The translations under genes were made by a program, and so were the position numbers. Positions 54,100-64,000 of a stretch of 64,000 nt of DNA are shown piece by piece. This DNA comes from Chiloscyllium plagiosum (taxonomy: Eukaryota), in the NCBI RefSeq assembly GCF_004010195.1, contig NC_057718.1, positions 28,035,974 through 28,099,973 of the forward strand, written 5' to 3'. Position 1 is the first letter of the stretch; the number at the start of each line of letters is the position of its first letter. Below the pieces are notes generated by a model, which searched no databases, had not been told where the DNA came from, and saw only the letters and a program-made list of their open reading frames with translations.

Positions 54100-54255
54100 T
54101 CAGCTTTGGCGCTGGCGGGAAAATGGAACACCGGGTCACAGGAAGGAATCCCGAATGTTGCCTCCACCAATAGCAGCCCAGCTCCCCTTTCCCGCCAGCG
54201 TCTGTCCCCGCCCCCTTAGTGTTTCAAGGTGGAAGAAGAAGCTGATTGGTTGCAC
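54100..54255 (-). promoter_or_regulatory. MSH6 promoter/5' region with E2F, CCAAT and GC boxes
   Basis: TTTGGCGC 54105, GCGGGAAA 54115, CCAAT 54167, TTTCCCGC 54188, CCCCGCCCC 54206, ATTGG 54245. Confidence 0.75.
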
Positions 54256-54299
54256 CCTGCGCACCAGTTTGGAGAAAGGTGAACTCGTGTATACATTGC

Positions 54300-55560
54300 A
54301 ATGCCCTGCCCAAAGACTGAGCCATGGAAATATTACAGCACATTTAGCCTATTCTGTTAGACCCTGCTGAACAGACCAGCCCATTCTAATCTTCCTATCC
54401 AGCACTTGGTTCATAGCCTTAGGGGATTACAGCACTTAAGTGCAAATCCAGAGTTTCCACCTCGATCACCAAACCTACCACTCTCTATTTAAAAGATGTT
54501 TTTCCTTATAGCGTTACATAGAAAATAGGAGTAGGCCATTTGACCATTCGAGCCTCCTCCAATTTGATCGTGGCTGATCATTTGACTTGATAACCCCTGT
54601 TCCGGTTTTCTCTTCATAGTCGTATGATTCCATTAGCCTAACTCTTTCTTGAAAATCTTTGGCATCAAACACTTTCTGTGGCAGAGAATTTCACTGGATC
54701 ACCACTGTCTCAGTCCTGCGTTTTCCCATCCTAGTCCTGTTAGAATTTTATAGGTTATTATGAGATCCCCCTTATTTCTTTAGTCCTAACCAATCCAGTC
54801 TTTCTTCGTACTCTAGTGCTGCCAAGAATCAGTATGGTAAACATTTGTTGCACTCACTCAATAGCCAGAATTTCTTTCCTCAGATAAGGAGACCTTATCT
54901 CCTCATGCCCCCTCTGATCCTTCTCCTCATCATTTTACATTGCATTGCCTGTTAATTGACCTCACTACGAGAGGAAACAGATCTTCCCTGTCCACTCTGT
55001 CCAAGCCTCTCATTATTTTGTACACATTGGTTCTTGCCTTTATCCGTTCTGGCATAGATTGTAAGAACAGGGGCTGTACAAAATTTTGGTTAGGCCACAG
55101 CTGTTGTATTGTGTGCAGTGCTGGTCATCACATATATGAAGGAAGTGATTGCATTGGAGGGGTTCCCCTTGGTGACAACAGCGGCATAATTTTAATGTCT
55201 GGAAAAGCACACCCGTCAGGCAGCATCTGAGGAGCAGGAGAGTCGACGTATTGAGCATAAGCTGTTCATCAGGAATTTTAAGGTGAAAGGCAAGAGGTTT
55301 AGAGGGGACTTGAGAGAAAATATTTTTGCCCAGAGAGTGGTGGGAATCTGGAATGCACTGCCTGGGAGAACAGGAGAGACAGGAAACCTCACCACCTTTT
55401 AAAAGGACCTGGATGAGCACTTAAAAAGTCAGAACATTCCAGGCTATGGACCATGTGCTTTAAAGTGGGACTAGTGCAGATTAAGAGTGATTTCGTTTGT
55501 GAGGATCAATGAGCCAAAGGACCTCTTTTTGCACTGGATGATTCCATGATTGATTAAGTT
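54300..55560. mobile_element. Mixed decayed LINE 3' fragments on both strands
   Basis: LINE tails at ~54300 and ~54515 (minus) and 55030-55550 (plus). Confidence 0.65.
55196..55273 (-). mobile_element. 78-bp PLE-terminal insertion with decayed hammerhead
   Basis: 8-bp direct repeat aattttaa at 55188-55195 and 55274-55281; CTGATGA...agc ttat gct...ACGTCG. Confidence 0.7.
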
Positions 55561-56319
55561 AAGCTGATTCCTTGGCTCAATGTGTTAGTGGCTCATCCTG
55601 AGTGGTTTCCCCTAGCAGTTTATTTTCTGTCAGAGGCACGTCCCATGTTTCCCTCAGCCCTAACAGCAGCGTCATTCTGACCCTCACACTTGCCATCTAA
55701 CCAGCTTATTAATTATACAATCTATAAGGGGGAACCGGTCAGCTCAGTTGGTTCTGTGGTTGGCATGTGGTTCAGAATACTCAGTTCAGTTCCTGTTCAA
55801 GCTGAATTTAAAAGGGGCCCTCCTCCTCACTCTGCCCAGGGAAGTGGAGGGTAATGGTAACTCACAGCTAACAGCATCAGCACTTAATGAATGAAGTTCC
55901 AGGCAAAGTACACGTACAGAATGGATGTATACATGATTTCTGGATCCTACAATCCATTCTGAAGAGCCCATGGTGGAGCTTTGAAACAAAGTTCCCTCCA
56001 TGGTTTGCCTCTTTTAAGTTTTTGCCCTAGGTTCCCCAGCATTATCAATGTGAATCAGTGCCACAGGTCATGGTACCCCTTTTGAAGAAGAATGCTAAGA
56101 CAATATCCTGGCTGATGGATAAAAAGAGGAATGTCAGACATTTTGACACTCTTGACAGCTGGACCAGTGTGAAGGACTTTTGACGTGTTAATAAAAGGGT
56201 GACTTGGTGATGGGATACCAGCCTCTCTAGAGTTATTCCAGTGGCAATGAGGGTAAAGCACGTTCCTGAAGCAACTTGTTTGCAACAGTCATCTTTGAGT
56301 TGAGGAAAGCATTTCTGGC

Positions 56320-57300
56320 ATCATGTGTTATTTGGGAAGCTTGACTTGTTCAATCCTGCCATTGAAGACTGGGCCCAGTATGTGGAAAGAATGCATTAGT
56401 TTTTCTGGGCATATGACTTTGAGGCAGATGAAAAGCAATGAGTAATTCTCCTGACAGCTTGTGGACCCACAGCTTTTTCAGTTATTAGGAGCCTCAGTTT
56501 CTCTGAGACACCAGATACTAAATCTTCTTAAGAGTTGATGGATTTAGTTAGTGAACATTATGACTCCAAGCCCAAGAGACCTGTGACTTTGGTTTAATCC
56601 TTAATGAGATGCTCAGACACCATTTGGTATGTGGGATTAATGATGTAACCATGCAAAAGTGCCTACTAGCTTGAAGCTCAACTGGACTTCAAACAGGCAC
56701 TGCAACTGGCTTTATCATTGGAAAATGCAGCAAGTGGAGCATGTGAGTTGCAGGATGAAAGTGGACAGTGTCACTAGTCTGACTGAGCTTGGGGCACACC
56801 ACTTGAGTGAATGCAATTGCATAGCCACACTCAGGACATATCTTAAACAGAGGGAGTCTAGGTCAGAACACAGTAAAACCCCAAACAAAACCAAGCCGCA
56901 GATAAATGGTTAAAATTTTTTACAGGATCAGGACTGGCAAGCCATTGTAATTACTGCTGATATGTGGATTCGAGACAAGGAGCATAGAAGTACTAGTTGA
57001 CCTAAATTGAATAAGAGAACCCAGAGGCCAATATGCAGGAGAGTTCACACCCTGGAAAGTCCACTTACATCTGGTGTGGAACAGTTACATTGCTTAGCAA
57101 CATCCAAATCAGAACTAATCAAAATAAACATCTGGTTAAATGGTCACCTGGTTCTAATGGAGGTTGATACCGGCTCTGACATTTCAGTGATCACAGAACC
57201 AGACTTTGACAAAATTCGCCCTGGACTCCAACCCTACTTTTCTGCAGGACTTTGGTTTGGTTGAGAACCTGTACCAGGGAGCTTTAACAGATTAATGGTA
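56320..57300 (+). mobile_element. Decayed Gypsy-type LTR retrotransposon gag-protease fragment
   Basis: GKLDLFNPAIEDWAQYVERM...ILLTACGP (gag-like), HLVCGIND, aspartic protease LMEVDTGSDISVI; contains stops. Confidence 0.75.
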
Positions 57301-57440
57301 CAATGCTGAGAAAGCAAGTTGTGAAGAGGACACAAAGAGTTTGCAAAGGTAAAAACATAGGTTAAGGGAGTGCACTAAATTTAGTAGTCAGAAAATATTT
57401 AGTTCTTCACCTTTTTAGGGGGGGATGACAAAAAATGACA

Positions 57441-57620
57441 AAAAAAATCATACAACATCAGGTTATAGTCCAACAGGTTTAATTGGAAGCACTAGCTCCT
57501 TCATCAGGTATAACCGCCTGATGAAGGAGCAACACTCCGAAATCTAGTGCTTCCAATTAAACCTGTTGGACTATAACCTGGTGTTGTGTGATTTTTAACT
57601 TTGTACACCTCAGTCCAAAT
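57441..57620. mobile_element. Foldback element with hammerhead motif (57515-57549, +)
   Basis: Arms caggttatagtccaacaggtttaattggaagcactag / ctagtgcttccaattaaacctgttggactataacctg; CGC-CTGATGA-A-GGAG caaca CTCC-GAAAT-CTA-GTG. Confidence 0.85.
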
Positions 57621-58879
57621 CATGACAAAAAAAAAGAGAATGTTTCAATGTAGGGAGACTGCAGAATACTGCTGTATAGGTAGAACAGTACAGCATAGAA
57701 ACAGGCCCTTCGGTCCACCACATCTGTGCCGACCATCATGCCATTTCTAAACTAACTCTATCTGCCTACACACAGTTTGTATTCCTTTATTCCCTGCCTG
57801 TTCATGTGTCGGTCTAAATACCTCTTTAATGTTGCTGTCATCTCTGTTTCTGCCATTTCCCTGGGGGAAGCATGGTGCAGACATCTGTGTTTGCTTGCAA
57901 TGAATCACTGAAGGCTAGCAATGAAGGTTCAACAAATATTTAAAATAGCAAATTGAACATTGGCCTTTATTTTCAATGGAATGGAGTATAAAATTGGGGA
58001 AGGCTTGTTATAACTGTACAAGTCATTGATGAGAACAAACCTTGAGTATTATGCACTATTTTGGTCTCCTTATTTTAAGATGGGACATACATACATTAGA
58101 AGCAGTTCAGGAAAGATTTTATGGTCTTGATTCCTGAGATGAAAGGACTGTCATTGTCATTTTTGTTAATGGGTTGCAAATATTGCTGGCTGGCCCAACA
58201 TTTATTGTCCATCCCTGATTGCCATGGAATGGAGTGGCCTTCCAGGCAATTTCAGAGCACAGTTGAGTCAACCATATTGCTGTCAGTCTTGAGTCTTGTG
58301 CAGGCCAGACCAGGTAAGGATAATAGATTTCTTACCCTAAAGGACATTAGTGAACCAGATGGGTTTTTATGATAATTGGTAGTGGTCCCATGGTTGCCAT
58401 GAAGACAGTTTTTTTGAGGAAAGGTTAAACAGGATGCGCCCATGCTCATTGGAGTGTTGAAGACCGAGAGGCGATCTTATCAAAAGGGTGTAACAAAATA
58501 GATACTGAGAGAACATTTCCCCTTGTGGGGAAGTCTAAAACCAAAGGCATCAGTTGAGAATAAGGGGTCTTCCATTTGGGATGGAGATGGAAAAGAATTT
58601 CTTCTCACAGAAGGTGGTTAATCTTTGGAATTCTCTAACCTAGACAGCAGAGAAGGTTTAATAATTCACATGTATTCAAGACTGGGTAGAGCAGACTTCT
58701 GAACTACATGTTGGTCAATGGTTAAGGAGTCAGTTAGTGAGACCATACCAAGATCAGTCATAGTTTTATTGAATGCTGCAGATTGAGGCTTGAAGAGCCT
58801 AAATCTTATGTTCAGACAGAATGGACAGTTCCCATTGGTTATTCTGGTTCACTTGCTTGTTAGTGGTTGGCATGGGAAA

Positions 58880-61800
58880 CATAGAGTCATAGAGATGTAC
58901 AGCACAGAAGCAGTCCCTTCGGTCCAACCCATCCATGCCGACCAGAAATCCCAACCCAATCTAGTCCCATCTGCCAGCACCCGGCCCATATTCCTCTAAA
59001 CCCTTCCTATTCATATACCCATCCAGATACCTTTTAAAAGTACAATTGTACCAGCCTCCACCACTTCCTCTGGCAGCTCATTACATACATGTACCACCAT
59101 CTGCATGAAAAAGTTGCCCCTTAAGTCTCTTTTATATCTTTCTTCTCTCACCCTAAGCCTATACCCTCTAGTTCTGGACTTCCCCACCCCACAGAAAATA
59201 CTTTGTCTATTTATCCTATCCATGCTCCTCATGATTTTATAAACCTTTATAAGGTCACCCCTCAGCCTCCGACGCTCCAGTAAAAACAGCCCTAGCCTAT
59301 TCAGCCTTTCCCTATAGCTCAAATCCTCCAACCCTGGCAACATCCCTGTAAATCTTTTCTGAACCCTTTCAAGTTTCACAACATCTTTCCAATAGGAAGG
59401 AGACCAGAATTGCACACAATATTCCAACAGTGGCCTAACCAATGACCTGTACAGCCGCAACATGACCTCCCAACTCCTGTACTCAATACTCTGACCAATA
59501 AATGAAAGCATACCAAACGCCTTCTTCACTATCCTATATACCTGCGACTCCACTTTCAAGGAGCTATGAAACTGCACTTCAAGGTCTCTTTGTTCAGCAA
59601 CACTCCCTAGGACCTTACCATTAAGTGTATAAGTCCTGCCGAGATTTGCTTTCCCAAAATGCAGCACCCCACATTTATCTGAATCAAACTCCATCTGCTA
59701 CTTCTCAGCCCATTAGCCCATCTGGTCAAGATCCTGTTGGAATCTGAGGTAATCCTCTTTGCTGTCCACTACACCTCCAATTTTGGTGTCAACTGCAAAC
59801 TTACTAACTACACCTCTTACCTTCACAACAAAATCATTTATATAAATGATGAAAAGTAGTGGACCCAGCACCGACCCTTATGGCACTCCACTGGTCACAG
59901 GCCTCCAGTCTGAAAAACATTACCACACTCTGTCTTCTACTTCTGAGCCAGTTCTATATCCAAATGGCTAGGTCTCCCTGTATTCCGTGAGATCTAACCT
60001 TGCTAACCAGTCTCCCATGTCAAATGCCTTAATGCAGTCCATATAGATCACATCCACCACTCTGCCCTCATCAATCCTCTTTGTTACTTCTTCAAAAATC
60101 TCAATCAAGTTTGTGAGACATGATTTCCCACACACAAAGCCAAGTTGACTATCCCTAATCAGTCCTTGTCTTTCCAAATACATGTACATCCTGTCCCTCA
60201 TGATTCCGTCCAACAACTTGCCCACCACTGAGGTCAGGCTCATTGGTCTATAGTTCCCTGGCTTGTCCTTACCACCTTTTTAAAATAGTAGCACCACATT
60301 TGCCAACCTCCAGTCTTCCAGTACCTCACCTGTGACTATCAATGATGCAAATATCTCAGTAAGAGGCCCAGCAATCACTTCTCTAGCTTCCCACAGAGTT
60401 CACCGGTACACCTGATCAGGTCATGGGAATTTATCCACTTTTATGCGTTTCAAGATATCCAGCCCTTCCTCCTCTGTAACATGGACATTTTGCAAGATGT
60501 CCCACCATCTATTTCCCTACATTCTATATCTTTCATTTCCTTTTCCACTGTAAATTCTGAGACAAAATACTCATTTAGTATCTCCCTCATCTCCTGTGGC
60601 TCCACACAAAGGCTGCCTTGCTGATCTTTGAGGGGCCCTATTCTCTCCCTATTTGTAAAAACCCTTTGGATTCTCCTTAGCCCTATTTGCCAAAGCTATC
60701 TCATGTCCCCTTTTGGCCCTCCTGATTTCCCTCTTAAGTATACTCCTACTGCCTTTATACTCTTCTAAGGATTCACGCCGTCCCTTTACCTGTGAACATC
60801 TATCCCCAGTCAGCTTTTGAAAATTCTTGCCTAATACCGTCAAAATTAGCCTTTCTCCAATTTAGAACTTCAACTTTTAGATTTGGTCTATTTTTTTCCA
60901 TCACTATTTTAAAACTAATAGAATTATGGTCGCTGGCCGCAAAGTGCTCCCCCACTGACGCCTCAGTCACTTGCCCTGCCTTATTACCCAATAGCAGGTC
61001 AAATTTTGCACCTTCTCTGGTAGGTACATCCACATATTGAATCAGAAAATTTTCTTGTACACACTTCACGGTGGCACAGTGGTTAGCACTGCTGCCTCAC
61101 AGCGCCAGAGACCCGGGTTCAGTTCCCGCCTCAGGCGACTGACTGTGTGGAGTTTGCACATTCTCCCCGTGTCTGCGTGGGTTTCCTCCGGGTGCTCCGG
61201 TTTCCTCCCACAATCCAAAAATGTGCAGGTTAGGTGAATTGGCCATGCTAAATTGCCCGTAGTGTTAGATGCAGGGGTAAATGTAGGGGTAGGGGTATGG
61301 GTGGGTGCGCTTCGGCGGGTCGGTGTGGACTGGTTGGGCCGAAGGGCCTGTTTCCACACTGTAAGTAATCTAATCTAATCTAATCTTCACAAATTCCTCT
61401 CCATCTAAATCTTTAACACGATGGCAGTCCCAGTCTATGTTTGGAAAGTTAAAATCCCCTACCATAATCACCCGATTATTCTTACAGATAGCTGAGATCT
61501 CCTTACAAATGTTTCTTAATTTCCCTCTGTCTATAAGGAGGTCTATAATGCAATCCCAATAAGGTGATCATCCCTTTCTTATTTCTCAGTTCCACCCAAA
61601 TAATTCCCCTGGATGTATTTCTGGGAATATCCTCCCTCAGTACAGCTGTAATGCTAACCCTTATCAAAAATGCCACTCCCCCTCCTCTCTTGCCTCCCTT
61701 TCTATCCTTCCTGTAGCATTTGTATCCTGGGACATTAAGCTGCCAGTCCTGCCCATCCCTAAGCCATGTTTCTGTAATTGCTATGATATCCCAGTCCCAT

Positions 61801-62820
61801 GTTCCTAATCATGCCCTGAGTTCATCTGCTTTCCCTGTTAGGCCCCTTGTATTAAAATAAATGCAGTTTAATTTATCAGTCCTGCCTTGTTCTCTGCTTT
61901 GTCCCTGCCTGCCCTGACTGTTTGACTCACTTCTGTTCTCAGCTGTACCAGTCTCAGATTGATCTCTTTCCTCACTATCTCCCTGGGTCCCACCCCCCAC
62001 CTTACTAGTTTAAATCTTCCTGAGCAGCTCTAGCAAATCTCCCTGCCAGTATATTCATCCCCTTCCAATTTAGGTGCAATCCGTCCTTCTTGTACAGGTC
62101 GAAAAATGTGAATCCTTCTTCCATACACCAGCCCCTCAGCCATGCATTCATCTGCTCTATCCTCCTATTCCTCCTATTCCTGCCCTCACTAGCTTGTAGC
62201 ACCGGGAGTAATCCAAATATTACTACTCTTGAGGACCTCCTTTTTAAATTCCTGCCTAACTCTCTGTAATCTCCCTTCAGAATTTCAGCCTTTTCCCTTC
62301 CTATGCCGTTGGTTCCAATGTGTACAACAACCTCCTGCTGGCCCCTCTCTCCCTTGAGAACATTCTGCACCCTCTCTGAGACATCCTTGATTCTGGCATC
62401 AGGGAACCAACACACCATTCTGACTTTTCAGTGCTGGCCACAGAAACATCTGTCTGTACCTCGAACTAGAGAGTCCCCAACACAATTGATCTCTTGAAAC
62501 CCGATGTATTGCATTCAAGCCAGTCTCAATACCAAAACCTTGGCTGTTCGTGCTATGTTCCCCTGAGAATGCATCACCCCCTACATTTTCAAAACAGCAT
62601 ACTTGTTTGAAATGGAGATAGCCAAAGAAGACTCCTGTACTAACTGCCCACCTCTCATACCTTTCCTGGAGTTAACCCATCTATGTGACTGTATCTGCGA
62701 CATTTTCCCTCTTCCTATAACTGCCGTCCATCACATGCCCTTGCTGTTGTAAATTTCTCATTGCCTCTAACTGTATCTCCAACCAATCCATTCGATCTGA
62801 TAGGATTCACAACCAACAAA
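58880..62820 (-). mobile_element. Near-full-length CR1 (HER1-like) LINE, disrupted
   Basis: ORF1 esterase (VVVHIGTNGIG...KDGLHLN), EN (YFNTRGL, SDHNSI), RT (SLTSVVGKLL, GKSCLTNL) and a 227-aa C-terminal ORF; 3' tail at ~58880. Confidence 0.92.
61067..61385 (+). mobile_element. Young HE1-type tRNA-derived SINE
   Basis: A box TGGCACAGTGG, B box GGTTCAGTTCC, CpGs retained, (TAATC)4 tail, flanking cttcac repeat (61064-61069 and 61385-61390). Confidence 0.9.
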
Positions 62821-63289
62821 TGGCATTTTCCAAATACATTGCCATTGGTGAGTTGTCACTTGCATCTGTTGTTAAAATCATTTTCCATGAAGTTAATCTC
62901 TAGAAACTCAAGTGCTGTCACCATTTAATTTGCTGTTAAACTTCCAAAAATAAGATTGTGAATTCCTGTCTTCAAAGTAACAAGAATCATGCTCCATTTC
63001 TGTCAGTGTAGTTGACTTTACGACTAGTTCCCTATAGAGGGCGCTATGGTTAAGGAAATTGCCTTTTGTCATGGAGCAGCATTTAACAGCAATCTAAGTT
63101 GAAATTTTGGTTCCTATGGGAACAACTCCTTTAACTCCTTGCTGCAATTTTTAAAGTTATTTGCTTTAGATAATTTTTCAACATTGACCATTTTGTCCAA
63201 TAGCTGACACCTACAGCAGCTCTGTTTCTGTAATTGCATTCCACAAGAAACAAATAGTGAAACAGGGTTATAAGTTGCTTAACTCGAAA

Positions 63290-64000
63290 GTACCTACACA
63301 TAGACTACGTGGAGAGACTTTGCCACCGCACCTCTCACAGACTCATCAATCACCTCGTGCACCAACTCTACAGCAAGCGCCACAACCTTGAATTTAAGAT
63401 GGAGTCCACACTCTCAGCCTGCACCCAGAATACAGCAGTACAGTTACGGGACATTGCCAAACAGGCAAGGCAACACAACTACACCACGTACATGCAAACC
63501 AAGAACAAGAAACTGGAGAAACTTGGCATCATCACCAGCAGTAGCTAAGCCCACCCTGGCATCACAGTGGATAATGTTATCACCGCAGGGAAGTCGATTG
63601 TCAACTTATTGGACCACACCCTTCAACCGGAAGAGATTGAAGTTCTTAGCAGGGGATCTAAATTTCTGCCCCATCACCAAAATGGACCCCATGGTTCTTG
63701 CAGCAGACACAGAGGAATTCATCAGATGAATGAGACTCCAGGAATTCTTTCAAGATGCCAGCAGTGAGCCCACCGAGGAACTGGAACAGTCATCACAGGG
63801 ATCCGTAGAGGAGCGACCAAAGAAGGAGTCAACTTAGATCCCACCGGAGGACTGCTGCCCTGGGCTTGACGTGTATGCTCAAACCATCAGGAAATAAAAA
63901 AGGCCAGATTCATCAACCGCACCCACAAGATAGAGCAAAACATCACCCAATCATAATGCAATCCATGCTCTCAAAACCAATCACGACATTGTCATCAAAC
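63290..64000 (+). mobile_element. Penelope-like element N-terminal ORF remnant (runs off the window)
   Basis: IVNLLDHTLQPEEIEVLSRG / LNFCP...EEFIR*MRLQEFF, typical of the PLE pre-RT region; frameshifted. Confidence 0.7.

Noticed and set aside
54068..54139. In-frame GTG-initiated 24-aa N-terminal extension of MSH6
   Set aside because: The conserved MSRQ start with PIP box is at 54067; the extension overlaps E2F promoter motifs and a (GCTCCA)3 repeat
59011..59694. 227-aa ORF as a possible host gene or active LINE
   Set aside because: C-terminus of CR1 ORF2; the upstream ORF2 is broken by stops, deletions and a SINE insertion
61070..61135. tRNA gene
   Set aside because: A and B boxes belong to a SINE head that continues into SINE body and tail; no full cloverleaf seen

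Overview
Vertebrate genomic DNA, most likely a cartilaginous fish (shark), inferred from HE1-type SINEs, CR1 LINEs with an esterase ORF1 and abundant Penelope-like elements (PLEs). It holds two convergent genes. The first is the last 12 coding exons of FBXO11 (+ strand, 11963-36827, 461 aa: beta-helix/CASH repeats and UBR-type zinc finger). The second is a complete 10-exon MSH6 (- strand, 54067-38036, 1372 aa by my exon sum) with an E2F/CCAAT/GC-box promoter. All exon phases join without frameshift. The rest is intron and intergenic DNA rich in decayed retroelements. Most notable observations: (1) minimal hammerhead-ribozyme motifs from at least three PLE-related families, including ~80-100 bp TSD-flanked ribozyme-only insertions and two-ribozyme foldbacks; (2) a palindromic bidirectional poly(A) signal AATAAAcTTTATT between the two genes; (3) a strong unannotated poison or micro-exon candidate in an FBXO11 intron; (4) a duplicated MSH6 exon-3 acceptor that could give an in-frame micro-exon; (5) an unusually GC/CpG-rich MSH6 exon 4. 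Repeat boundaries are approximate, comparisons with human are from memory, and nothing was computed or searched.
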